Shown: positions 27,072-36,786 of the stretch, in pieces | How the letters are laid out: each line of letters opens with the position of its first letter | Numbering within the stretch: position 1 is the first letter of the stretch | Source of the DNA: Treponemataceae bacterium | Lineage (GTDB): Bacteria > Spirochaetota > Spirochaetia > Treponematales > Rectinemataceae | Direction of reading: 5' to 3' | Assembly (NCBI GenBank): GCA_963677895.2 | Contig: CAXXGJ010000038.1 | Location: 96,001-160,000, forward strand | Length of the DNA: 64,000 nucleotides | Program-made: the position numbers and the translations under genes | The notes under the pieces: generated by a model | Told to the model about the DNA's origin: nothing | The model's database searches: none | Seen by the model: only the letters and a program-made list of their open reading frames with translations

Positions 27072-28292
27072 TCAGGTTTTAAGTCTGCGATACAAGTCTT
27101 CGGCCATAGAGAGGAAGGATTCGATATCGGCCTCGGCTGTATCGGGTCCGAAGGAAACGCGGATGGAGGAAAAGGAGAGTTCCTCGGGCAGTCCCATGGC
27201 GTCGAGGATTCTTCTGCCTTTGGTCTTGTGGGTGTGGGAGCAGGCCGAACCGGTGGAAACGGCGATGTCGGCGTCGGATAGGGCGCGGGCGAGCACTTCG
27301 CCGCCCAGGCCGGGGAAGGCGGCGGAGACAATCCAGGGGCTCCAGCGCGGGTCGCCGGCCACGCGGCTTGGCGGCACCACGCAGGCGCCGGGAATCGCGC
27401 GGATGCCGTCCAGGAGGAGCCGCTCCAGGGCCTGGGCGCGGGGAAGTCTCGCGTCCAGCGAGGCGGCAGCCTTTGCGGCGCAGAGCGCGAAAGCGTGTAT
27501 ACCGAATAGGTTCTCGGTGCCCGAGCGAATGCCGGATTCCTGGCCGCCGCCGACGGCGAGGGGGTCGATGGCTTTGGAATGCCACAGGGCGCCGACGCCC
27601 TTGGGGCCCTGTATCTTATGGGCGGAAAAGGCCGCGCTTGTCACCCGCCCGCCGGAAAGCCTGAGGGGCACCTTACCCAGTGCCTGGACGCAGTCGACGT
27701 GGAAGAGCGGAGACCTGATGCCGAGGCTCGAGGCCGCCGACGCCGCGGCGCGGCCGATGGCGTCGATATCCTGTACGGCGCCGGTCTCGTTGTTGACGGC
27801 CATGACGGCCACGAGCCTCGTCGTCGGGCGCAGGGCTTCGCCGATTTTTGACGGCTGCACGATGCCGTCCGCGTCGGGTTTCACGAAGGTGACGGAGAAG
27901 CCCAGGCGCGAGAGCGTCTCGGCCTGCGCGTCTATCGCGGCGTGTTCGATGGCGGAAACGACGAGATGCGGTTTTTCGGTCGCCGAGGTCCTTATCGCCC
28001 CCGTTACCGATTCGGCTTTTTTCGCGAGCCTGAAGAGGGAGAGGAGGGGAATCTGGTCGGCTTCGGTGCCCGACGCGGTGAACGCGAGATTCCCGCCCAG
28101 GGATTTTACGCCGGAGGCCAAGGCCAGCGAATCCAGAAATGAGGCGCGCGAGCCTTCCAGGATTTCCCTCGCCGCCTTTCCCTCCTTATGCTGACTGGAA
28201 GGATTGGCGAAATGGTCGAATGTGGCATGAAGCGCCTGAAGCGCGATGGCGGAATCCGGCGGCGTCGTAGCCGCCCAGTCAAGATACTTCAT
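27072..28292 (-). CDS. Cysteine desulfurase (IscS/NifZ-type)
   Basis: YLDWAATT, NPSS, SAIEH, NNETG, HVDCVQ, SAHK, RSGTEN, STGSAC. Confidence 0.92.
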   Translation of the reverse strand: MKYLDWAATTPPDSAIALQALHATFDHFANPSSQHKEGKAAREILEGSRASFLDSLALASGVKSLGGNLAFTASGTEADQIPLLSLFRLAKKAESVTGAIRTSATEKPHLVVSAIEHAAIDAQAETLSRLGFSVTFVKPDADGIVQPSKIGEALRPTTRLVAVMAVNNETGAVQDIDAIGRAAASAASSLGIRSPLFHVDCVQALGKVPLRLSGGRVTSAAFSAHKIQGPKGVGALWHSKAIDPLAVGGGQESGIRSGTENLFGIHAFALCAAKAAASLDARLPRAQALERLLLDGIRAIPGACVVPPSRVAGDPRWSPWIVSAAFPGLGGEVLARALSDADIAVSTGSACSHTHKTKGRRILDAMGLPEELSFSSIRVSFGPDTAEADIESFLSMAEDLYRRLKT

Positions 28293-28313
28293 CGTATGGG
28301 TCCAGTTCCCGTA

Positions 28314-28646
28314 TCATTCTTCGTAACGGCGGTCGACGATGGATACGGGCTCCCGACCCGACGCGAACAGTTCCTTGGAAAGGTAGAGGGCACAGTAGCA
28401 GTTGCCGAATTCCGGCACATCGAGTCTGGACCAGACACAGGGGCAGATAGCCTTGCTGTCGGCTTCCCTGGAGCCCTCAGTATCCCTGCAGGGACAGAGG
28501 TAATAGCCGTAGCGATTGAAATTGGTGGTCAGCCCTTCGATGAGACTTTCATAGAACGGTTCGTCGGGATTGAGTTCCCATCCCTGTTTTTGCGCGACCA
28601 TTCTCGAGAAAAGCCTCGTCTGCTCTTGCGTTTTCTGGTTCATCAT
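28314..28646 (-). CDS. Ferredoxin:thioredoxin reductase catalytic-subunit family protein
   Basis: YG...CPCR, ICPC, GNCYCALY. Confidence 0.9.
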   Translation of the reverse strand: MMNQKTQEQTRLFSRMVAQKQGWELNPDEPFYESLIEGLTTNFNRYGYYLCPCRDTEGSREADSKAICPCVWSRLDVPEFGNCYCALYLSKELFASGREPVSIVDRRYEE

Positions 28647-28954
28647 TCCTCCGTCAGCCCAAGTGTCCTGACCCAGTCGGGCTTGATGAAGCCGACGAGA
28701 TGGGCCGCATCGTCGATAACGGCGAAGGGGAAGGCCACGTTTTCCTTGAATCGTTCCCTGAGGATGGCTTTGATCTCGTTCTTCGTCTCTATGGGCAGTT
28801 GGTCGACATAGATATATTTATAGGCGATGTCCTTCTCTTCGAGGTAAGCCAGGGCTCTTTTGCAGAAGCCGCAGGTGGAGAGCGCGTAGACGACGATATC
28901 GTGATTGCGCTGCGTTCCTTCAATCTGTATGTACGCAAGTTCGTTGAGGTTCAT
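28643..28954 (-). CDS. Glutaredoxin-like protein
   Basis: YALSTCGFCKRA, AFP, VGF; AAGGAG RBS. Confidence 0.9.
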   Translation of the reverse strand: MNLNELAYIQIEGTQRNHDIVVYALSTCGFCKRALAYLEEKDIAYKYIYVDQLPIETKNEIKAILRERFKENVAFPFAVIDDAAHLVGFIKPDWVRTLGLTEE

Positions 28955-30423
28955 GATATCTCCTTTCTCCTTGTAGTATATAAGTCTTCCACTTCGCTCG
29001 CATAGCGCTCCGCGTCGAATTTCTTGCGTAATCCCGAAGCCACCATGGAGCGTACGTTGCCGAAAAGAGCTCTCTGCGGCCATGGACGGTCGTGTCTTCC
29101 AAAGCACCAGGCCACACCGGCATAGCCGTTGGGGTCCCTTCCGTCGATAGAGTATCGGTCATTAAGTCGTATCGCGAGGCTGAAGGCTTCTGCCGGGTCG
29201 GCGAACCAGGAGAGGAGCCGCTTGCCCCAGTACATCCGCATGTAGTTGTGCATTTTCCCCGTGAGCAGCATTTCCTTCTGGGCAGCGTTCCAGTACGGGT
29301 CGGCGGTGAGGCCGGCTTCCAGCTCCGCTACGCTGTAGAGCGTCTTTCTGTCGTCTCGCTCGGACAGGCTTTTCCTGGCCCATTCGGGCGCGGCGGATTC
29401 ATAACGGTCGTAACCGGGGTTGAAGAGGACGAAGTTGAGCGCGAGCTCGCGCCTCACGACGAGCTGCTCGACATAAACTTGCGCGGCGCTCTCCGAATGC
29501 CCGAGGGCCGTTCCGGCCAGCGCCACGGGGGATACCTGGCCAAAATGCAGATAGGGGCTCATATCGCTCTGGCCCGCTCCGCAGGGGTCGTTCCGGTCCT
29601 CGGCGTAGCGCTCGAGCGCTCCTGACGAGAGAAATTCGCCGAAACGGGCCATGCCGGCCAGCCGGCCCGGGACGAACCGAGGCTTCTGCAGGGCGAGAAG
29701 GGGATCTCCCGCCGCCGCGTCCCCGTAGCTCGCGAACAGTTCGTCGCGCGATGGAAAATCCGAGGCTCCGGCCGATACGCGGCATTCAGGTACGGGAAAG
29801 CCTTCTCCCGATTCGGTGGATTTAAGGAAGAAGGGCAGTTTGGCCGAAATTTTCTTCCGCAGGGTGGCGGCTGACCACTCCAGGTGGTCGCTCGCCGCGA
29901 AAGGCGGCACGACGGATTCTGTTTCGACGAGGATCATGGGCGGCATCCCGCGCATCGCCGCTATTTCCTTTCTCCAGGCTCGCTCGAAGGCTAGTTTGCC
30001 CTCGTCCGCCACGAGTATGGCGGCGCCGCGGGCGTATTCGGCTACTTTGGAGGTCATGCCGCCTGCGTCGATGCAGAAGAGGGCGCCTCGCTGCCTGAGG
30101 TCCCGCGCGCATTCGCGCAGTCCTTCCAGCATGAAGTGGTAATGGGCAGGCACAGCCTCCGGATAATCAACCAGAACGAAAAGGACGAGGAGGGGAAGGC
30201 CCAGCGTATTGGCGAGATGGAATCCGAGGTCCAGGGCCGGATTTTCCCTCGATCGCTGGGCTTTCTGCATCCAGACAAGGACATAGTTCGCGGATTTCTT
30301 GGGATAAGCCTCGGGCTGGAAGGTCATGCGCGCCTGTTCTATCGAGGCCGCGCCGGCGCGCGCTTCCCCCGTCAGGACTGCTCCCGTCAGGCTGGCCAGG
30401 TTCCTTTCAGCGTTGCTGTTCAT
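28951..30423 (-). CDS. phr: Class II CPD DNA photolyase
   Basis: WMQKAQRSRENPAL, FMLEGL, MSPYLHFGQVS, EQLVVRREL, WNAAQ, GKMHNYMRMYWGK, DGRDPNGY, HDRPW. Confidence 0.92.
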   Translation of the reverse strand: MNSNAERNLASLTGAVLTGEARAGAASIEQARMTFQPEAYPKKSANYVLVWMQKAQRSRENPALDLGFHLANTLGLPLLVLFVLVDYPEAVPAHYHFMLEGLRECARDLRQRGALFCIDAGGMTSKVAEYARGAAILVADEGKLAFERAWRKEIAAMRGMPPMILVETESVVPPFAASDHLEWSAATLRKKISAKLPFFLKSTESGEGFPVPECRVSAGASDFPSRDELFASYGDAAAGDPLLALQKPRFVPGRLAGMARFGEFLSSGALERYAEDRNDPCGAGQSDMSPYLHFGQVSPVALAGTALGHSESAAQVYVEQLVVRRELALNFVLFNPGYDRYESAAPEWARKSLSERDDRKTLYSVAELEAGLTADPYWNAAQKEMLLTGKMHNYMRMYWGKRLLSWFADPAEAFSLAIRLNDRYSIDGRDPNGYAGVAWCFGRHDRPWPQRALFGNVRSMVASGLRKKFDAERYASEVEDLYTTRRKEIS

Positions 30424-31624
30424 AACGGTGGAGGCTCCTCGCGAGGAGGAATCCGGCCGCGTAAAGAATGCTCGCCAGGACGAAGGGCAGCTGGGGCGCC
30501 GCGGAGTAGAGGAGGCCGGCCAGCCAGCCCACGGGAATGCTGAAGAACATCATCAGCGCTTGGATGAGACTGAATCGATCGCTTTTCTGATCCGCGGCGG
30601 TGCTGTTCATGAACACTGTGTCGCGGAAGGTCTGGAGAAGCGCATAGGAAGCCTGGAGGGAAGGAAAGATGAGAATCGCCGAAAGAGGCGATCCCTTGGG
30701 CATCAGTATGAAGAGAACCTGGGCGACGAGGCAGGCAAGGAATGCGTTGGCCAGGTGTTCCCGGTTCTTCAGGGCCTTCTGGCGCGGAAGGATGAAGAAG
30801 AAGATCACGAGGCTGACGACAGCGCTCAGGGCGGGGACGGCGGATACCACGAAGGAGGAGAGTCCCTTTATGTCCTTCATGTAGAGAATTCGGAAGAAAT
30901 CGATGGAGAGCACAGCGTTGCCGATGAAATAAATACCCGTCATCCTTATGAAAAAGGGATCCCGCAGCGCCAGGCGGGCGCTGGGAACCTGCTGCCACAC
31001 GAGCCTGAGGAGGCCTTGACCCTTGGTCTTTGTTTTGAGGTAAACGCCGGTTTTCGTTTCGCTGGTGCCGATATAACGAAGAATGAACATCAACGTCAGG
31101 ATGACGGAGCCGACCCAGAAAATGCCGCGCATGGCCGGAACGATGCCGGCGCTGGCGATGATCATTCCCCCCGCGAAGGTGGTGAAGCCGCCGAAGGTTC
31201 CAATGAGATTGATGTAGCTGAATATGGTGGCCCGCTGGCTCTCGTCGGCGTCTTCGGAGATGAGGAGATTCCATGAGACATAGACGATCCTCACGGCGGC
31301 GTTAGTGACCGCGGCCACGAGAAACCAGAGGAAACTGCGCGAAATCGCCCAGAGCGCCATCGACAGGGACCAGGCGATGAAATCGAGCCACATGCTCGTG
31401 TTTCTTCGGCCGAACTTGTTGGTTATCGGAGCGGCCAGCGTATAGAAGAGGAGGCCCGCGGCGATGTTGGCCGAATTGACGAGACCCATCTGCACTTCGC
31501 TCAGGCCCAGCTGCCTCTGGTAGAGGGGCATGTAATAGGCGACCATGGGGCCGAAAAACGCCCAGAGCGGTTCGATGGCGATGCATGAGCGCGCGTTCCG
31601 CGGAAGGCTTCTGAATCCTGTCAT
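30407..31624 (-). CDS. MFS transporter
   Basis: About 12 TM segments, ITNKFGRR motif A. Confidence 0.85.
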   Translation of the reverse strand: MTGFRSLPRNARSCIAIEPLWAFFGPMVAYYMPLYQRQLGLSEVQMGLVNSANIAAGLLFYTLAAPITNKFGRRNTSMWLDFIAWSLSMALWAISRSFLWFLVAAVTNAAVRIVYVSWNLLISEDADESQRATIFSYINLIGTFGGFTTFAGGMIIASAGIVPAMRGIFWVGSVILTLMFILRYIGTSETKTGVYLKTKTKGQGLLRLVWQQVPSARLALRDPFFIRMTGIYFIGNAVLSIDFFRILYMKDIKGLSSFVVSAVPALSAVVSLVIFFFILPRQKALKNREHLANAFLACLVAQVLFILMPKGSPLSAILIFPSLQASYALLQTFRDTVFMNSTAADQKSDRFSLIQALMMFFSIPVGWLAGLLYSAAPQLPFVLASILYAAGFLLARSLHRYEQQR

Positions 31625-31723
31625 TATGGCTTACTATGCCCCAGCCCCGGAGCCTTTTCAAGGCGTCGGGGCGGCGGCAATCGCATAATTGCGCAAAGGC
31701 CGCTTTTCCTGTAAAGTGAGGCC

Positions 31724-33538
31724 ATGCACGAAAAGGAACTCATCCGCAATTTCTGTATCATCGCCCACATAGATCACGGCAAATCTACGTTGGCCGACCG
31801 CTTCATTGAAAAGGCCCACCTTGTGGACGAGCGGAAGATGCAGAATCAGATGCTCGACAATATGGACATCGAAAGGGAAAGGGGAATCACCATAAAGAGC
31901 CAGGCGATCACCTTGCCCTACCTTGCCCAGGACGGGAAGAAATACACGCTCAACCTCGTCGACACGCCGGGACATGTGGATTTTTCCTACGAGGTTTCGA
32001 GGGCCATCTCCTCCTGCGAGGGAGCCATCCTCGTCATCGACGCCACGCAGGGCGTGCAGGCGCAGACCCTCTCCAATATGTACATGGCGCTCGAGCACGA
32101 TCTCGAGATTCTGCCCGTCATCAACAAGATAGATATGCCCGCCGCCGACGTCGAAGGCGTACGGCGCCAGATCGACAAGGATCTCGGCCTCGACGGAGAA
32201 GCGGCCCTCGCCGTTTCGGCTAAGATGGGCATCGGCATCGATGAGCTCTTCGAGGCTATCGTCCAGCGATTTCCCGCCCCGAGAGGCTCCTCCGACGATC
32301 CCCTCCAGGCCCTCATTTTCGACTCGCACTACGACGCCTACAAGGGCGCCATCGTACATGTGCGCGTCATAAGCGGAAAAATGAAGAAAGGCATGAACAT
32401 CCGCTTCATGTCGAGCGGCGCCATCCACGAGATCGAGGAAGTCAGCCTCTTCAAGATCGATCAGTCGAGCGATACTGACATGCTGGCCGCTGGCGAGGTA
32501 GGCTATGTGACGGCGGGCATCAAGACGGTCAGGGACGTCAGGGTCGGCGACACCATCACCGACAATGACAATCCCTGCCTCTCCGCGCTTCCCGGTTTCA
32601 AGGAGATAAAGCCCGTCGTCTTCAGCTCTATTTATCCCATGGACTCGGCCGAGTACGACGACCTCAAGGAGAGCATCGAAAAGCTGATGCTCAACGACGC
32701 TTCCCTGATATGCGAAAAGGACAGCTCCCTCGCGCTGGGCTTCGGGTTCCGCTGCGGATTCCTGGGGCTCCTTCATCTGGAGATCATCCAGGAAAGGCTG
32801 GAGCGGGAATTCAACCAGTCCATCATCATGACGGCCCCGTCGGTGCGCTATAAGCTTAAACTCCAGAACGGCGAGACCGTCTTCATCGACAATCCCAGCC
32901 AGTATCCCGACCCCTCGCGGATAGACAGCGCCGAAGAACCTTTCATCAAGGCGCAGATCATCACGCCCGTGGCCTATATCGGCAACCTGATCTCGCTCTG
33001 CATAGGCAAACGCGGCGAACAGCGATCCTTCACGCATCTGGACGAGAAACGCGTCGAGCTCGTTTTCGAGATGCCGCTGGCCGAAGTGCTCTTCGACTTC
33101 TACGACAAGCTGAAATCGACGAGCCGCGGCTACGCCAGTTTCGACTACGAAGTGACGAGCTATCGGCCGACCAACCTCGCCAAGCTGGATTTCCTCATCA
33201 ACGGTGATCCCGTGGACGCTCTATCAATGTTGGTCTACCGCGACGGGTCCTACGACAGGGCCCACAAGGTTTGCGAGCGGCTCCAGAGGAATATTCCGCG
33301 CCAGCAGTACAAAGTCGCCATTCAGGGCGCCATAGGCGGTCAGATCATCGCGCGGGAGACCGTCAATCCCGTGCGCAAGGACGTTCTGGCCAAGTGCTAC
33401 GGCGGCGACATCAGCCGCAAGCGCAAGCTTCTCGAGAAGCAGAAAGAGGGCAAGAAGCGCATGAAGATGGTGGGCAATATCGAATTGGGCCAGGACGCCT
33501 TCCTCGCCGTTCTCAGGACCGACGACGACGAGACCTGA
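31724..33538 (+). CDS. lepA: Translation elongation factor 4
   Basis: AHIDHGKSTLADR, ERGITIK, DTPGHVDF, GFRCGFLGLLH, KCYGGDISRK. Confidence 0.98.
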   Translation: MHEKELIRNFCIIAHIDHGKSTLADRFIEKAHLVDERKMQNQMLDNMDIERERGITIKSQAITLPYLAQDGKKYTLNLVDTPGHVDFSYEVSRAISSCEGAILVIDATQGVQAQTLSNMYMALEHDLEILPVINKIDMPAADVEGVRRQIDKDLGLDGEAALAVSAKMGIGIDELFEAIVQRFPAPRGSSDDPLQALIFDSHYDAYKGAIVHVRVISGKMKKGMNIRFMSSGAIHEIEEVSLFKIDQSSDTDMLAAGEVGYVTAGIKTVRDVRVGDTITDNDNPCLSALPGFKEIKPVVFSSIYPMDSAEYDDLKESIEKLMLNDASLICEKDSSLALGFGFRCGFLGLLHLEIIQERLEREFNQSIIMTAPSVRYKLKLQNGETVFIDNPSQYPDPSRIDSAEEPFIKAQIITPVAYIGNLISLCIGKRGEQRSFTHLDEKRVELVFEMPLAEVLFDFYDKLKSTSRGYASFDYEVTSYRPTNLAKLDFLINGDPVDALSMLVYRDGSYDRAHKVCERLQRNIPRQQYKVAIQGAIGGQIIARETVNPVRKDVLAKCYGGDISRKRKLLEKQKEGKKRMKMVGNIELGQDAFLAVLRTDDDET

Positions 33539-33596
33539 TTCCGCGCGTTGATACCGCGCAACGCTACGACATGCAGCGCTGTGAAAAGAATATATG

Positions 33597-33638
33597 AAGA
33601 GGGCCGCCAGGGTAAAAACCCTGGCGGCCCTCTTTCTT
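33597..33638. terminator. Terminator between lepA and the PPIase gene
   Basis: AAGAGGGCCGCCAGGGT-AAAA-ACCCTGGCGGCCCTCTT. Confidence 0.85.
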
Positions 33639-33654
33639 GTAAACGCAGGCTATT

Positions 33655-35289
33655 TCAGTTCGCGGCTTTGGGCGCTTCCGTGGTTGTCGTTTCGGTGGTA
33701 GCGCTGGCGTTTGGCTGGGCCGCGGCCGTGCTGCTCGTCTTGAAAATCTTGAAGAAGGTCGTGCTGAACTCATCCTTGAATTTCTTGCTCTTCAGGAACG
33801 TATCCCTGGTCTGCGTGTCGATCGTCTGCTGGTGGAAGTAGGGATAGGCGAATTTGACCATGACCGTATCGTCATCCGAAGCTTCCTTGTCCTCGGTCAC
33901 GGCGAAAACGATGACATTGTCGCCCACGACGAGGGGTTTGGAGACTTTGCCTTTGGTCTGGGTGAAAAGCTCGGTCATGAAGGCTTCATCCTGTTCGGCG
34001 GCCTGCAGGGCGGGATCACTGTTCTGGAAGGGCGTCTGGAGGAGAGGGATCTGCTGGTTGTAGGCATAGAAGGTGGGATTGCCCACATTCACGATGAAGG
34101 GACCTGCCGATTGTATGCTGAGGCCCGCTTGTTTGGCGGCGCTCTGGAACTTTGCCCCATCGACGGATGAAATGAGGGTGTTGGCCTTGGCGATAGCCCA
34201 GCTCTCGAGGGTTCCTTTTTCCTTGTCGTTGATATAGAACCGAACCTCGTCCAGCGTGGCTTGTTTGCCGAAATCGGGCATCACAAGTTCGCCGTTGACC
34301 TTGAAAAAGGCCCAAGCCTTGTCGGCTATCTTGTAGACATCGGAGATCTCGCCTTTGGGAAGAGCGGCCACTTTCGCGGCGTCGTCTTTATTGGCGAAAC
34401 CTTCGGCGAAGGTATAGTAATAGACGGTGCCGGCGTCTCCGCCCTTGTCCGCGTAAGCGTCCTGCGAATGACTCTTGGCAGCGTCTTCGAAGGAAAGCTT
34501 GTTTTCCTTCACCTGGGCGAGAATTTTCTTGGCATCGGCTTCCGAGCTGGTTACCGTGACGCGGGAAACCTCAAGGGTCTTGAATAGGTCGGCGTTCTTG
34601 TTGCCCCACGCGGCCACTTCTTCGGCCGGATAGTCGGAGAGCGGCAAGGCGGCATAGGAAATTGTGCGCTGGGGTTTAGCCATCGAGGCTACGAAGGCGA
34701 TCTCAGCCGAGCTTGGAGCCAATGTATACAGATCCTCGTAATAGCGCCTGACGGTGTAATCTTCTTTCGTGTTCTTGCGCAGGGTGAGGCGCGTGGCGGA
34801 CGCTGACTTGTTGTATTTCTCGATGGAGAATTTTCCGTCTTCCTGGAATTCCGGGAGGGTGGCGATGGCTTCGTCGAGACCTTTTTCCGTCAGTCTGAAA
34901 CCGCTGTCGTTCACGGTCTTGATGACGGCCGTCCTGATGGCGGCGCTCTGGAAGGCCATGCTCCATACCTGGTAGGCATAAAGCTGGAAGTTCTGTTCGG
35001 AAAGCCCCTGCTGACGCAGATAGTCGTTGATCTGCGCCACCTGGCTAGCGAAGTACGAGCCTGAGGTATAGGTGATGGGTTTTCCCGCCCAGCTGCCGAA
35101 AGTCGGCGACTGACTGGAGGAACCCATACCGCCGCCGATCGATGGTATGAACACAAAGGCGATGACGGTGATTATCAGGATGACAATCGTTCCCCCGTAG
35201 ACGAAGGGGTTCTTCACGCCGCGTTTGGAGGGCTTTTTCTGGACTTTCTTCGCCTCGGCGCCTTCGGGATTGTTGATCTGGGATGCCAT
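33655..35289 (-). CDS. Membrane-anchored SurA/PpiD-like parvulin peptidyl-prolyl isomerase
   Basis: N-terminal TM, SurA-N-like helical region, FEDAAKSHSQD..ADKGGD, GEISD. Confidence 0.8.
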   Translation of the reverse strand: MASQINNPEGAEAKKVQKKPSKRGVKNPFVYGGTIVILIITVIAFVFIPSIGGGMGSSSQSPTFGSWAGKPITYTSGSYFASQVAQINDYLRQQGLSEQNFQLYAYQVWSMAFQSAAIRTAVIKTVNDSGFRLTEKGLDEAIATLPEFQEDGKFSIEKYNKSASATRLTLRKNTKEDYTVRRYYEDLYTLAPSSAEIAFVASMAKPQRTISYAALPLSDYPAEEVAAWGNKNADLFKTLEVSRVTVTSSEADAKKILAQVKENKLSFEDAAKSHSQDAYADKGGDAGTVYYYTFAEGFANKDDAAKVAALPKGEISDVYKIADKAWAFFKVNGELVMPDFGKQATLDEVRFYINDKEKGTLESWAIAKANTLISSVDGAKFQSAAKQAGLSIQSAGPFIVNVGNPTFYAYNQQIPLLQTPFQNSDPALQAAEQDEAFMTELFTQTKGKVSKPLVVGDNVIVFAVTEDKEASDDDTVMVKFAYPYFHQQTIDTQTRDTFLKSKKFKDEFSTTFFKIFKTSSTAAAQPNASATTETTTTEAPKAAN

Positions 35290-35356
35290 AGTATTCCTTC
35301 TGAAAACAGTATTCAAAAAGTATCGGGAGCTACGGTACCATGATAGGCATTGACTG

Positions 35357-36136
35357 TCAACGATGCGATATCGCCGAAAGCCAGCTCGAGGCTTCGGATT
35401 TGTTCGGAAATTCTTTCCATATAGGCGATTCGCCGCTGGCTTCCACGCCGTTTCCTTCATGGGCGGAGAGCTGAAAGGGAGGAAAGTCGGCCTTGTAATC
35501 CATCGTGGCGGCCCGCGGCACCCAGAATCCCAGATAGTAGTATTCTTTTCCCCAGCGCAAGGCCATCTCGGATTCGGCGAAAATCGAATAGGATCCCAGG
35601 CTTCGTCTGCTCTCGTCAGGATCGAAGGAGAAATAGACCGACGACAAACCGTTGGGGAGAATGTCCAGAAAGCCTATCGCGCAGAGTTTGCCGGCTGCGT
35701 CGCGGTACTCGGAAATAGCCGCCATGGGCGCCTCGAGCATTCCCCGATACGCCGATTCGAGAGAGGTTTTGGATGTTTCGGCCGCGGGGAAGGCTTCTTT
35801 GTGGCGTGTTCTGATATATTTTTCATACAACATGAAGTGATCTTGCCTGAAATCCGCCGGAACCAGCTTTATGGAGATATCCCGGTTCAAGCGCTTCAGT
35901 CTTTGAAAACGCTTTCCGGCAAATATCTTTGACGAGCAGAGTCTTATGGGAATGCACCGCGAACAGTCTTCGCAGCGATAACGATAGAGTATATTCCCGG
36001 ATCTTCTCCATCCGAAGGGAATGAGGGCTTCGTAGTCCTGGAAAAGAGATTCCCCCGGGAGAAATTCGCCGATGGATGTTTTACCAGGAACATAAGGGCA
36101 GGGCTCTGAGAAAGTAAGAAGCGGGGTAGTTTTCAC
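35357..36136 (-). CDS. Bpt/ATE-family aminoacyl-tRNA-protein transferase
   Basis: CPY, GWRRSG..YR..CEDC..C, Y..YI..RH, SSVYFSFDP, SLG, YYLGFW, MDYK. Confidence 0.88.
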   Translation of the reverse strand: MKTTPLLTFSEPCPYVPGKTSIGEFLPGESLFQDYEALIPFGWRRSGNILYRYRCEDCSRCIPIRLCSSKIFAGKRFQRLKRLNRDISIKLVPADFRQDHFMLYEKYIRTRHKEAFPAAETSKTSLESAYRGMLEAPMAAISEYRDAAGKLCAIGFLDILPNGLSSVYFSFDPDESRRSLGSYSIFAESEMALRWGKEYYYLGFWVPRAATMDYKADFPPFQLSAHEGNGVEASGESPIWKEFPNKSEASSWLSAISHR

Positions 36137-36240
36137 GTCGTGGAAAATTGTAGGACATTCTGAGCCTTTGCGTCCATATAGTCACACAGGCAGCCGTTTT
36201 CGACTTGATGAACACGATTTTGAAGCAGTATGTTTATCGT

Positions 36241-36762
36241 ATGAGCATCATGACGCGAACTGGCGATGATGGCGATACGGGACTCTGGTCGGGAGAAAGG
36301 GTGGGCAAGGACGATCTGCGCGTCGAGGCCTACGGCACGATCGACGAGCTCTCCTCGGCGCTGGGTATCGCGAGGCATATCTGCATGGAAGACGAAGTCC
36401 TCTACGCCATAGAAGAGATTCAGCGCATACTATTCCGCGTCGCCGGCGAACTCGCTTCGGTAGGCATTCCCTTCGACCGGCCGATTACAGCCGGCGACGA
36501 GGCGAAAATTGCCGCGAAGACCTCATCGCTCGAAGAGAGAATTCCGCTGCGGGGTTTCGTCATTCCGGGCATGACGGCAGGATCGGCCGCCCTGGATATG
36601 GCCAGAACCATAGCCAGACGCGCCGAACGCAGGGTCGTAGCGCTCGCCAGAAAGGAAGAGGTCTCCATCGACTTGAGGAAATTTCTCAACAGACTCTCTG
36701 ATTATATTTTCATGCTTGCCAGGGCCGAGGAAGTGGCCGCGGGCAAGCTGACCTTCGCGTGA
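36241..36762 (+). CDS. PduO-type ATP:cob(I)alamin adenosyltransferase
   Basis: TRTGDDGDT, KDDLRVEAYGTIDE, FVIPG, ARTIARRAER, LNRLSDY. Confidence 0.93.
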   Translation: MSIMTRTGDDGDTGLWSGERVGKDDLRVEAYGTIDELSSALGIARHICMEDEVLYAIEEIQRILFRVAGELASVGIPFDRPITAGDEAKIAAKTSSLEERIPLRGFVIPGMTAGSAALDMARTIARRAERRVVALARKEEVSIDLRKFLNRLSDYIFMLARAEEVAAGKLTFA

Positions 36763-36786
36763 CAAAAACCTTTCAGGGGGATTCCC

